A model generated the notes under the pieces. It did no database searches and had not been told where the DNA came from. It worked only from the letters and a program-made list of their open reading frames with translations. This document shows positions 12,969 through 25,599 of a stretch of DNA of 64,000 nt, in pieces. This DNA comes from Chiloscyllium plagiosum (taxonomy: Eukaryota): positions 95,890,670 through 95,954,669 of the forward strand of contig NC_057712.1 of NCBI RefSeq assembly GCF_004010195.1. Reading direction: 5' to 3'. The translations under genes and the position numbers were made by a program. The number at the start of each line of letters is the position of its first letter. The stretch's first letter is position 1.

Positions 12969-13172
12969 TAAAAATCACACAACACCAGGTTATAGTTGCA
13001 CAGGTTTATTTGGAAACACTAGCTTTCGGAGCACTGCTCCTTCATCAGGCTCCTTTATCAGCAGCGGTCCGAAAGCTAGTCTGTCTAAATTCACCTGTTG
13101 GACTATAACCTGGCATAGTATGATTTTTAATTTTGTATACCCCAGTCCAACACCAGCATCTCCAAATCATGA
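12969..13172. mobile_element. Palindromic Penelope-derived element with a 14-bp TSD
   Basis: Inverted arms caccaggttatag..caggt / acctgttggactataacctgg. TSD ctattttaccatgt at 12955-12968 and 13173-13186. Confidence 0.85.
13017..13050 (-). ncRNA. Minimal type I hammerhead ribozyme motif (best-preserved copy)
   Basis: Minus strand reads C-CUGAUGA-A-GGAGC-AGU-GCUCC-GAA-AGCU-A/GUG: intact core, 5-bp stem II and palindromic stem III (AGCU). Stem I is only about 2 bp. Confidence 0.65.
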
Positions 13173-13485
13173 CTATTTTACCATGTACTTCCAAGTACTC
13201 TGCACTCTCATCCATAATAATGGATTTTAAAATCTTACCAATGACTGAGGTCAGGCTAAATGTCCTATATGTTGTTACCTTCTGCCTCCCTCCCTACTTA
13301 AACAGTGGTGTTACATTAGTAACTAACCAGCGTCTTATCTGCTCTTGTGTCACTCAATGAAGAAAAGTATCCAATCTACCTCCTTTACCTACCTGTCCGA
13401 TCAGGTCCGGTGGGCATGTGCTGCATGTGCTCCAAGTTTTTCTTCCTCTGCCTCTCTTAATACCTTCCTGTTTATTGTGTATTCT

Positions 13486-14119
13486 TATGAACCAGACAGG
13501 ACCCTCTGAAAATATTTGAAGAAGGTAGCCTAAACCCTAACGTTTTCTTATTTTAAAGGTAGATGTGAAGTGCATGTTCCAGATGTGACATAACTGGTTA
13601 AACTACTTGACGTTAAGCAAAACGCAATCATTTAAACATGCATTTAATGTTCAAACAGAAGAAAGAGGAATTTAGGATAACTTAACTTTTGGAAAACTTG
13701 ATTGAATAATAGATACAGTATCAATTACTAATTAACTGTTCCAATATAGTAACATTCCCATGAACACATCCCTGGACAAAAAGACAAATTTAGACATGGA
13801 TTCTTATGTGCAGTTCTCCAATCCAGGAGGAAAAGACATCATGAGAAATTCCAGAGGAAGCAGCAACTAAAAATCATTCACTGAAGCTTCCAACTCTTCT
13901 GAGACCCCAAACAGCTTCTGCTGCTAAAGCTAAAAAAAACTAGAAAGCCTTGTTTCTGAGAACTGGCCACACCCACATTCAGGCTGTTAAAAAGACCCAA
14001 GGCCTCCTAAGCTGTTGACTTAAGCTGTCTTCAGTAGCCAGTTCAATACTTTTGCCTATACAACCTCTCTTCAGAAAAACCCAGGACAAAATAACCTTTT
14101 AAAGTGACAGCATCATCAC
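13486..14119. mobile_element. Probable solo LTR inserted in a CR1 fragment
   Basis: Begins tatga and ends tcaca (degenerate TG..CA). Flanked by attct/gttcc (degenerate 5-bp TSD). CR1-like sequence resumes across it (tttattgtgtattc|ccttgc...). Confidence 0.55.
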
Positions 14120-14599
14120 AGTTCCCTTGCTTTCGTTTTCTCTTCCTGAGATGCATAACCTCCACATTTCTTTAGATGAATTCTATTTGCCACTTTTTTG
14201 CTCACTCAACCAAACCATCAATATCTCCTGACAGTCGACAGTCATCCTCTTCACTGTCTGTTACTATAACATTAGTCATCAATATTCACCAGCCAACTTT
14301 TGTGTTGTCTGCAGATCTCCCAATCATATTTCCTACTGCTCATGAGGAAAGTATACATTTGGACGTAATTATTTTGAAACGTATTCATTAGTATGTTCTG
14401 ATATTATGACATATACTGAGGTACACTTTTGTCCTTCTGTTATCAGAGTTAAAGTGACCATTCATACCTGGGAATCAGGCCTTTTTAACTGTTAATATCA
14501 CAGAGAAGCCAGATCATTGTTAAATGAGTGTGCATGTGTCTTCCAAGAAAGAGTTCAAGAAATGTAAAAATCAGAAGTGCAAAAACTGACAGTTCTAAT

Positions 14600-17500
14600 A
14601 CATTGACAGGAATGTTGCCATCTCCGGCAAGGCCAGCATCTTAACGATCTTTGAGAACATCATGGTGAATCATTGCAGACCATGAGATGAAAGCCCTTTG
14701 ATAGATTGGGAGTTCCAGGACTTTGATTCAGCAACAGTGAATGAACAATAATATAATTCCAAATCAAGGAAGGAACCTTGATCTTCCTGCTAGTTTTTTC
14801 TTCCGTTTAGTAAAGGTCTTAGGTTTGAAGCATGCTGTCCTGGGAGGTTTGGCAAGTTACTGCAGTTCTGTCACTGTGCATCAGTGCTGGAGGTATTGAA
14901 GATTTAAGGCAATCGCTGGATTATGTCCCAGATGGTAATGGATTTCTCAGACAGTGTTCGAGCTGGACTCACCCGCAAAATGTCACACACAATTTTGGCT
15001 TGTGCCATGTGGCTGTTGGGAAGAGGTAGGGGAGTCAGTTGAATAACTTATTTCAGAAGTTTCTTCATTTAAGGAATGTGGACATCATTGGCATTTATTG
15101 CCCGTCCCTAGTTATTCTTGAGAAGTTGGTGGTGAGCTGCCTTCTTGAACTGCTGCAGTTCTTTCACTGTAGGTAAATCCACAATGCCATTAAGGAGGGA
15201 ATTCCAGGACTTTGATCCAGTGATGCTTCAGGAACAGGCAATATGTTTCCAAGTCTGGATGACGAGTGGCTTAGAGGAAAACTTGTTGATGATGGTGTTC
15301 CCACGTCTCTGCTGCCCTTGTCCTTCTAGATGGTAGTGGTCTTGGGTCTGGAAGGTGCTGTCTAAGAATCTTTGGTGAATTTCTGAAGTGCATCTTATAA
15401 GTGGTACACATTGCTGCTACTGAATGACAGTGGTGGAGAGAAATAATGTTTGTGGATGTCATACCAATCAAGAATGCTCAAATTCTGTTTTGTTCCTAAC
15501 CACAGTATTTCTCCAGTTAGTCCAGTTGAGTTCCTGATCACCAGTAACCCCTAGCATTTTTTTATTTTTTCACTTGTGGGATGTGGGACATTGGTGTCGC
15601 TAGCTTGCCACATTTACTGTCCATCCCTGGTTGCCATCGAGAATGGAGTGGTGAGCTGTCTTCCTGAACCACTGCAATCCATGAGCTGGAGGTAGTTGGT
15701 GGGGATTCAGAGATGGTCATGTTACTGAACATCATATGGTCAGAGGACTGTTTTTTGCTCTTGGCCAATGGATTTGAAAATGGTGGGCGATTTAAAAATC
15801 CAGTAGCCAGCATTCCCACCAGTTCCCTACCTGTCTGAAATTCCACAGGGCATTGGACAGCGACCCATTCTGGGAGTTGTTGAGCTTTTAATGTGCCAGT
15901 TTTGCTGCTCACTTAAGGTACTCTTCCCATCCACCCCCACTGTTCTTCTTTTAAGCACTGGCTGGGGAGGCCCAAGCCTGGTAGAAAGTTCAGCAGCTTT
16001 CACAAACTCAGATCACCAACACTACACTCAGCCGCCCAATTTGCAGGTTTAACTAGGTGCCTCAGCACTGTGGGGCTGCCTGTAATGGCCAGCCCTGGTC
16101 ACTAGTTCTGTCTTGTACTGCTGGAACTAAAGAGCTACTAAAGCATCGGATAGGTTGGCAGCTCTCTTAGGGCTGGACATCCTCCCATAAAAGGAATGGA
16201 AATCTTGCTTTAAACCCATTAACACTACTCCAACATTAAACTGTCATAGAGCTAACCTCACGATTGTGGGAGGGCTCCACTCTGACATTCTTATTAAGGG
16301 TGGGTATGGACTGTGGTAACCCGAAGAACCCAGCACAGAGAGCCATTTACAATATAGGAGGAGACCATTTGGACCATCAGATCCATGCCTGATTGTGGTT
16401 AAACTGTCTCAGTGGAGATTATCTTTCCTGTCACTTCAATGGCACAAATGTTATTTGACATGGATCAGCCCAGCCTTAATGTTGACCACATCTTGCTTCA
16501 TCTGGGCATGGGCTGCTTCAGTATCGAAGAAGCTGTGAATGGTGCTGAATATCGTGCAGTCATCAGCTAAGAAATTGTGGAAGGTTTCCAAATGCAGAAT
16601 GAGGCCAATTGGCCCATTGCATCTGCAGCAGCAAAATAATGAGTCACCCAGCCTAATCCCACTTTCCAACACTTGGATCATAGCCCTGAAGGTTACAGCA
16701 CTTGAAGTACATATTCATGCACACAAAAATTTCACAAAGGTCCCCACTTCTGACTTTATGATGAAAGGAAAGTCATTGAAGACCCCACGAGGATGTGACC
16801 CTGAGGAACCCCTCCAGCAATGTCCTGAGGTTGATTGATTTCCAGCAACCACAAACATCTTTCTTTCTGTTCAGCACCACTCCAGCCAGTGGAAATCCAT
16901 TTTAACATTGACATAAGTTTTCTTAGGGTTCCTCATGCCAGACGAAAAAGAAATATTTCCTTCAAATCAAGGCCAGCTCAATTCCTGAATCTCAGCTCTT
17001 TCGCCCATGCTTGAGTAAGGGCTGTTATCAGGTCTGGAGCGAAGTCGTCCTGATGGAATGCATCTATGAGCAGATTATTCCAGAGTTTATTCAAGGTGGC
17101 ACAATGCCTCGGTGGTTAGCACTGCTACCTCACAGCGCCAGGGACCCTGGTTGGATCTTACCCTCGGGCAACTGTATGTGTGGAGTTTGTACATTCTCCC
17201 CATGTCTGCGTGGATTTCCTCTGGATGCTCCAGTTTCCTCCCACAGTCCAGAAATGTGCAGGTTAGGTTGATTGGCCACGATAAGTTGCCCATAGTGCCC
17301 AAGAATATGTAGGTTAGGTAGATTGGGTATGGGAAATGCAGGACTACAGGGATACGGTAGGCAGCTGGGTCTGGGTGGGATCCTGTTGGAGGATTGGTGT
17401 GGACTTGATGGGCCAAATGGCCTGCTTCCACACTGTAGGCATTCTGTGGATTTCTAGACAGCACTATTGATGATCCCTTCCATCAGTTTGCAGATACCCG

Positions 17501-17630
17501 AGAGCAGGCCGATAGGGTACTAATTGGTCAGATTGAATCTTCCCTGCCATTATTTGAACATGATATACCTGTCATGAACTATATTCTACATTGTCAGGTA
17601 AATGCCAGGCTTACTCCTGTATTGATCTCT
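14600..17630 (-). mobile_element. Cluster of decayed L2/Crack-like LINE fragments interleaved with other repeats
   Basis: Minus ORFs SLHHCHSVAAMCTTYKMHFRNSPKILRQHLPDPRPLPSRRTRA (15271-15471) and FLADDCTIFSTI (~16560). Repeated 3' ends at ~14610, ~15075 and ~15580. Confidence 0.65.
17095..17445 (+). mobile_element. HE1-type V-SINE
   Basis: tRNA-like head ggtggttagcactgctacctcacagcgccagggacc, V-domain tgtggagtttgtacattctcccc...ttcctcccacagtcca, and CR1-like tail. Confidence 0.88.
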
Positions 17631-17855
17631 CAGTACCACTCCATACCTTCTCAGTTTACTAATGAACATCCAAAATGTTATCTTAGTTGTTTATAAACAT
17701 CCTGTATTTATTACACCTGAGAAGAGTATGATTTTATTCCGCCACATGCATTTCATTTATAATCATTCTTATAACTATTGCACAGACTGAATAGTGTAAC
17801 CAAATGATTATTCCAAATAGGAGATTATACTTAAACATGATTGTTGCCATTTTAG

Positions 17856-18036
17856 GATTACCCTTCTTACACAGCATTCGGCCAAAACCAGTATGCACAG
17901 TATTATCCAACTTCAACATATGGCACATATATGACCTCAAATGATAGTGTTGATGGTACCTCTTCAACGTCAACAACTTATCAGCTACAAGATCCTTCCA
18001 CTATCACTGGACAACCAGGTACAGATCTTCCTGGAG
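17856..18036 (+). CDS. EYA4: EYA4 internal coding exon with two in-frame donors (ends 18018 or 18036)
   Basis: Acceptor catttta g|GAT. Translates [54 protein letters not shown][GTDLPG]. Donors CCAG|gtacag and GGAG|gtaaat are both phase 1. Confidence 0.95.
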
Positions 18037-21000
18037 GTAAATAACTTCCTTTTCTTTTACGCTGTATTTGTTTTTTTTTCAGAAAACTAGAAGATCAAGT
18101 ACCATCATGTTTTTTAACAAAAGAAAATGTGCCTGGTTTAAGTTACTACATTAACATACTCCGTTTTTATATCTTTGAGTGCAAGTGCCTTTAAACTATT
18201 CTCCAGGGCTGCAAAGTTAAGGTAATCGATATATATCTAATGTAAGACCCAAACAACTGAATTTAACTGCATTTAATTCTCTTATAAATTGTGTGTGGCA
18301 GGGGAGTCAGGTGGGAGTGGGGGGTGGGGGTGAAATGTTGGGGGTTTGCAGTTGTAAGGACTTTTTGTTGTTGTACTCTGTGCAAGGTTCAAGGTACTAT
18401 GTTGAAAGTGTTGATTAGGACATAGAGAAAAATAAAAAGGTCCAGCAGCTTGGTTTACACTTGTCAAAACAAACCCTTTAGTGCTGACTACTGCACTTGC
18501 TCCTCTAAAGCAGAAACATATATTTATACAGTTAGACTGACAGAGGGAAGGCTGGTGCCTCAGATTTGGAGATTTTGTTAAATGAGTTCCAGTTGCGACT
18601 AAACCATAAGTACAAAAGACATGCAGACGCACACACACACTAGTCGCAGTTGGTTTGTGTGGGTGTAACATACTAAGTTGTCTTTGGACCAAGTGGAGAG
18701 CAAAGCTCAGAGGACAATAACCAATGCTGTTGATAGATTTGTATAGTTCAACATTTTATTATATGGTGTGTGATGTTGAGGTTTAGCCATAAAGTGAATA
18801 CAGCCCAGGCTGAGTTAAACAGAAGCAGGTTTCAGAATTAGTAAACAGCAACAAAGCAAACTGTTTCAAACATGTGCTGTTCGTAATTCAGAATGAACAG
18901 GAGAAGCTAAAGTATGTTTTTTTTAGATTTTAATGAATTATTTTATTTTTCAATTCCTTTTTACAGTTAAAATGCATTTTAAACAGCTCAAACCAGTATA
19001 TGTGCTTGTTGTGGTTTAATTATCTTCTGAAAGCTCCGTGCTGCTTTTAAAATGAAGCTAATACTTTCCATTAATATCAGTGTGAAAAAGGCAAACTCCA
19101 TTATTCCAGAGTTTGACTGTTTTAATTGCAGGTATTTGAACTTTGATATCAAAGCTTCCTTGAGAAACTGGAACATTCTTGAATCTGAAGTCTCTTTTTT
19201 TTCCAGTTGTCTTTGGCAGCCTTACAGATTTTTGATTAAGGAAGCTTATCATTCTTCTTCAATCACAGACATTTTCTTTTTCCATTCCAGCAAGTTAGAC
19301 TGTTTTTCATTATTGAGACATAACAATAAGTGCTTTAAAACCTGTTCTGTTTCCTGTTAACATTTTTCTGTAACACCCTTCAGTTACACTCACTAAACAT
19401 GGGTAATTATGTGGGATTCCTGGCCTGTGTGGTCTTCAGTTGCTCTCACTGCCATAGATACCCGAATAACATTATCCATCTTGAGCATGAATCCTTACTT
19501 AGAAATGCACACCAGAAATGCATTTTTTTAAAACAAATAATTGAGCTTCCAAGTTTTGTGAGAGTTCCCAAAGACATCTGTGCGCATGTGCATGTGTTCA
19601 ATTTATGACTGATGTTCTCAGGCGCTTACATTTTGTCCACTGCATTAACATTATTGCTTTGCTTGTCTTTTAATCAAATTTTATATTTGAACTTCACTAA
19701 ACTTTGGAGGTTCACAGTTGCAGCTGATACTCTCTGTACAACCAGCAAACTAATCAGGTTGAGGTCTTAACTCCAAAAGACTTCCCAAATATAAGTGCTT
19801 GGGTAATGGTGGGTGGGGAGGGTGTGTCAATGGGGAGAGGTGCTGCTGGATTTGTGTCAGTATATATTAGTTTTAATCATTTAACAACATTTCTGCACAC
19901 ATCTACTGGATCTTGTCCGCTTTACTTTACTTTTTCAGCTAGACTTTTTATTGGAGTTAAGAAGTATATTTTCATTTGGAAGCTTAGATTAGCCTACAGC
20001 TACACGGAGATCCTCAGAACATAATATGTAACCCACTTGGGTGTGGGTGTAACGTGTTAATATTTTTATTCGTAAAAGGAGTCCAATGAACTGAGTATAA
20101 GAGTAGAACTGTGTGCTCTGGTTGGAGTAAAACTGCATTCCTCACAATCTTTTTTTTTATTCTCGTTCCAGTTAGGGTTCACAATTTTGTTTTAGAGTTA
20201 GAAGTGGATTTTCCACCAGTGGCACTAAAGCAGGGAGGATGGTCTATAAGAGTTAGGCATTCAACCATGGTCATTTCAGATGAAACTCCTGGGGTCTGGG
20301 TAATTAGTCATGCGCCATCATTGAATATGGCGACAGCTGAGAACTTGCAGAACTTGGTGGAGGGAGGCGGGTGTAGAATTTCTGGGGCTGCTTCACATAC
20401 TTCAACAGCTGCAGCAAAACTAAGCGCCTGACTGTGGAAGTCAAAAAATGGAGGCAGCAGATGGAGTATCTAGGCAAGTGATTGAGCAGTCCAGGCACTA
20501 ATCCACCTGCAAAACCTGGAAACAAATGCTGGGGGGGATGCTGGTTACTTTAACAAAGTTGCTGAGATAAGGCTATTCAATGGTGCCATATACCAAATAG
20601 TTGTTACAAAACAGCATTCCACAGAGTGTTGTCCACTGCCTGTTATGCATTTACTGCTGATCCATGCAAAGCCCTCAGACAACCTTATAGCTCTTCCATC
20701 CCTTCCCATGCATGCCGCACATTCGAACTGCAACTTTCAACTAAAGCTCTTGACACACTGACGTCTCAAAAGAGATTCACACAGAAAATCATTTTAACAT
20801 TACTTAGTTATGTGATCTATTCCCACACTGGTATGCAGGAATTGCTCTTATGATATCTTGAAATAGTTCATATCACAATGATACTGCTCTGTTTGCAATA
20901 CAGAGTTTGTCAAAACAAGAGGTTACAAACCAACCAAGGGTGAGGCCCTTTCAATTTCAGATCTGTGAATCAGTTTCATTGCTGGATATCATGAATGGTG

Positions 21001-21358
21001 AAAACATGATGGAGAGTGCAAGTAAGGCTTACCCCAAACAGTGCTGTAGTTTCATAATGCCCTTGTTCTTTCACCTCCCACAGCTCACTCACTTACTAAT
21101 GTGCTTGTGTTCAAAGCCATCAGCCTCATCTTACAGGCAAAATTCTAAAGTGAGTTCCTCGCTTTTTTTTTTATTTCACAAGCTAAGTGAAGCTCCCACT
21201 TTATAAAAGCAGGCATTTGCATGAAGGAGTTCTCAGGTGGACCAGACTAAGTCACTAAAGATGGGGAGCCTGAAAATCCATAGATATGATACTTCAGCTC
21301 AATTAGGTAGGATCAGATTGTCCACTTAAGCTTGTAAAAGCTCCCCCTCCACCACCAC

Positions 21359-21406
<48 letters not shown>
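21359..21406. repeat. (CA)n microsatellite
   Basis: Uninterrupted CA run of about 24 units. Confidence 0.98.
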
Positions 21407-21410
<4 letters not shown>

Positions 21411-21624
21411 TAGAGATGATGGAAATTCCTCATTGATTCTCAAGTGGGCACACTTTGTCTAAGCCATGAGCTAGTTCTTCAGTCAATATAGAGGCCAATT
21501 ACTAACATAGAAACTCATAGTCTGAGAGAACCCCTCCTGGAGAAACTGTCACATTGCAAGGAACTGAGTTGTTGGAGAAAATTTATAGGGAAGTCTACTT
21601 TCCACCCTATAAAGAAATTAAGGA

Positions 21625-22030
21625 GTTGTATTTACATAGCGCCTTTCCTGACCTGAAGACATCTATAACATCTCACAGGCAATTAAGAAGGGTTGAAGTA
21701 TAGTCATTGTTGGAAGCACCATAGCTAATTTGTGCATGCCAAAGTTCCACAAAGGAATTACTAGGTAATTTCGCAAAAGTAAACATTTTTGTTAATGTGA
21801 TGTTTGCAGAGGTATAGATATTAACCAGAATGTGAAAGAGACTTCCCCTCCTCACTGTCTGAAATTGTTCTGTAGGATCTTTTACTTCCACCCATGAAGG
21901 CAAATAGAATTTGCGTTTTAAATCTCATACAAAAAAATGACACCTCCAGCAATGCAGCATTACCTCAGTACCAGAATGTGAACCTAGACTTTTTTATTCA
22001 AGTTTCTGGAATTGGTCTTGAATGCATAAC
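21625..22030 (-). mobile_element. Ancient Deu-domain SINE (SacSINE1/AmnSINE-like)
   Basis: Minus strand has gggtggaagtaaaagatcctacagaacaatttc...gaggggaagtctc, resembling the recalled Deu core GGACGTAAAAGATCCCATGGCACTATT..GGGGAGTTCTC. It ends aaaggcgctatgtaaata. Confidence 0.7.
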
Positions 22031-22488
22031 CATCGAACAACTGACACAGTTATAACGCTTGCACTACACTTCAGCAGAGTTAAAGTAGAAGAGTACCAAA
22101 AGGGCCAAAGATCTCATTCCCAATGCTCTCCAGCTTCCTCACACATGCATTTGTGCTAATGTAATGATTGAATATTCACTCCACCTTTCTGCCATATTCT
22201 TAGATAGTCCATCTAAACATGCATTGTAACTGAATTAAAAAAAAAACAAAAGCTTCCACATCATTGAACCTTAATAGTTCTGGCTGTGGCAACAGTTAAA
22301 TAAATTGTCGAACTGTTTTTACTGTGCCTGGTGTATTTTCTTTATACATAATTATTCAGCTGCTGAACCGCTGTCAAGCTGAATGCTGTGCAATCATCAG
22401 AAATCACTTTTCTTCTACAGCAGTGTGAACTTGTGGTAAATGCTCATACCTTGTACGCAGAAAAACTCAAGATGATAGTTTAATCTGA

Positions 22489-22659
<171 letters not shown>

Positions 22660-24149
22660 TGATGAAAGCCTAAAATTACATGTATTTTGCAATAAAGGTT
22701 GAAAGGCAGGCCTCATTATGTAGAACTACAGCGAAACATTCTTTCCAAAAACCTGATTTATAAAATAGTTTTCAGCCCAGATTGGTGTGAGTTGATTTTA
22801 TTCCGACTGATAATAATAGTGCAACACAATGATGGTTTCAGCAAGCAATTAATTTTCAGACTACGTATTCCGTCTTATTCCTTTCTGGGTTTAGGTATGG
22901 TAGAACAGCAGAAGGTTCAAGTTGAACTGAGAATTCCTGATAAAAGTTTCATTGCAAACCATGTGGTTACATTTCTGAGACTGTGAACTGCTGAATAAAT
23001 TTACGGTCCAAAAATAAACAGAACCTAAAGCACTAATTTCAACATTGAAAACTACAATTTGTTGAAAGTTCAATTTGTTTTCAATTATGAGTTGCTATCA
23101 TGAAGAGCTGCATGGTAGATTCAACAGAAATGTGTCAGAGAAAGCATTGCTTGTTATAAAGGGCATTCACTGCATTGCTGTTATAACGATTTGGCCATTC
23201 CCCCATACAAATGCTTATACAAATTAAAAAGAGAGCTGCCAAGGAGTCAGCAAATCTTTAATAAATCCTTTGGATAGTGTGTTAACTGGGCAGTTTATAA
23301 CACAGTGATACGTGCTTCCATTTCTGACTTAGTTGCTGTCAAGTAGGGGAGAGTTAGGAATATAACAGTTGGTCGAACCACATATCGGCCAGGAAAATGA
23401 ACAGAACTACGATAAGAAAAAAAGGCATATACAAACCTTTAGTGAGGACAGAATCAGGCTTAACTATGATGCCATGATTGAATAACCCTCTGTTACACAT
23501 TCACAGATAGAGATAGACTCCTGCAAAATAGCTGAAGGCCAGTTATGGAACTGTATCTCAGTATGATGCAAAAGCCTAATGACTGAGAGAAGATCTCAAG
23601 GAGGTTCATCAGGAAAGAGAGGAGTGGCTAAGGACTGGATGTGGGAGAACGAATAGGGAAGCAGGAAAGCATTGGAAACCAGGAGTGAAAGTGGAATTCG
23701 AGAAATCAGAAAGTGAAAGCAGGACGGGGATTCAGCTAGTGACCAGTGAATGTTCATTTGTTGGTGTTAAATTAAAATTGGGCTCCCAACTACACTCTTC
23801 AGAATCCTTCCTGAGAGCAGGACGCCAACACTGCACAAGTTGCTGTCATGAGAATCATGATAGATAGAGTTGTATTGGATTGTGGTCAGGATAGCAATTT
23901 TTAATCCTCTTCACTCCTCTTGAGTGCCCATCATTGTGTTGGTGAGGGTTTCTCCTATGGTGTCAGGAAAAGATTGAGGTCCTGCAATAAAGTAAAAGAT
24001 ATGATAAATTCTTAATTGATTGTTAAAGCCAATCTCAATTTAACAAGTAGACATTTTGGAGTGTATTGCGTCCTTTCTAATACATTGAAAAGAGAAAACA
24101 ATAAGTAAAATAATGTTTAGCAGTATTAACCTACCGGCCAGTGTTCTGC

Positions 24150-24395
24150 TTATCTTCCAAACCTGCCATCTTTATCACCTAGAAGAACAAGAGCGGTAGC
24201 CTCTTGGGAACACAACCAACTTTAGGTTTCCCTCCAGGCCACATATCATCCTAACATTGTCACTGCTTTAAAATCCCCTCCCTCTCTGAGAGCACATTAG
24301 TGTAGCTACACCATATCGACTACAGTGGTTTGGGAAGGTGACTGAACGGCACCTTCTTGAGGACAATTAGGGATGAGCAACAATTGCTGGCTTTC
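24150..24395 (+). mobile_element. L2/Crack-like LINE 3' fragment
   Basis: Opposite-orientation homolog of 15075-15360. Tail ttgaggacaattagggatgagcaacaattgctggc. Confidence 0.55.
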
Positions 24396-24500
24396 TGCGC
24401 AACAATTGTTTTTCGAAAAATGTATCATATTCAGCAACTAAAACACAGTGGTACATATATACGATTGGATGGTCAGAAGTAAAACACCAGTGCCAATTAA

Positions 24501-24830
24501 GGATGGCACGGCAGCTCAATGGTTGGCATTGCTGCCTCACAGTGCCAGGGACATGGATTTGATTCCACCCCTGGGTGACTGTCTGTGTAGAGTGTCTAAT
24601 GGATTTTCTTTGGGTACTCCAGTTTCTTCCCACAGTCCAAAAATGTACGGTTTGGGTGGATTGGCCCTGTGAAATTGCCTCTGGTGTGCAGGCTAGGTGG
24701 ATTAGCCATGGGAAATGCAGGGTTACAGGAGAGGCCAAGTGTTGGGTCAGGATGGGACGTTCTTCAGAATGTCAATGTGTACTCGATGGGCTGAATGGCC
24801 TGTTTCCACACTGTAGGGATACTATGATTC
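24501..24830 (+). mobile_element. HE1-type V-SINE
   Basis: Same head, V-domain and tail as 17095 and 49195. Confidence 0.85.
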
Positions 24831-25084
24831 TACACCCTTGATATCTTAGAACATGACAAGAATAATACAACACACAAAAAGTAGTTAGTCTGACCAAAAT
24901 CTCTACTAGGACCACCGTTACTGTCTTTTCCCATCCTGTTCCTTAAGCTACCCACCATTTATCTGACATACAGGCAAATGGATGCATGAAGTTGGTTTGA
25001 ATAGATGTTCAGTCTAGGAATGGATAGAACTTGTCTGTGACTGTGGCCAGTTGATTTCCTCCTGACTATCCTTAATTTTGCACG

Positions 25085-25109
25085 ATATATATATATATAT
25101 ATATATATA
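25085..25109. repeat. (AT)n microsatellite
   Basis: Run of about 12 AT units. Confidence 0.95.
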
Positions 25110-25599
25110 GGCAGGAGCATTTTGTTTTCTCAGTTCCATTTGTCAGGCCTGGCACTGTGCCATGATGAGTGAACTCCACAGTTGAGCAAGTTTTGTTTTA
25201 TAACAAAGAACAAAGTTATTGTGGCCTTGCAGGTTAAAGATTGTACCAGACGTCTGACATCAGAGGTACAGAAACTAGTTTTTAGTAATGTGCAGTTGTA
25301 TGAGATTTAAGCCCAGTCTTATCAAGTTGGACCAACTCAGGAACCCTTTAAAAATGGCAGTTGAGTTCCAAATCCTACTTATAACCATTTACAGTTTTAT
25401 AGAAGCAGGAGTAGGCCATTCAGCCCCTTGAGCATTTTCCTGCACTCTTCCTATACCCCATGATGTCATTAGTAACTATAAATCTTTCAGTCTTTTTCTG
25501 TAATTTACTGAGCTTCCACCGAGCTTCCACCTAGGAGTCATGAACCACAGGGGAAACCCAGGCAAAAGTTGGGGAACCGAGAAAATCTAGTTACCCAAT

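Larger units (their letters stand above)
9398..13320 (-). mobile_element. Older CR1 LINE (9398-9815 and ~12135-13320) split by a younger CR1 and a Penelope palindrome
   Basis: RT motifs YLDFQKDFHKV, VTSGVPQESVLGP and KLTDDTKIG on the minus strand. The 3' part resembles 45240-45700. Confidence 0.85.
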
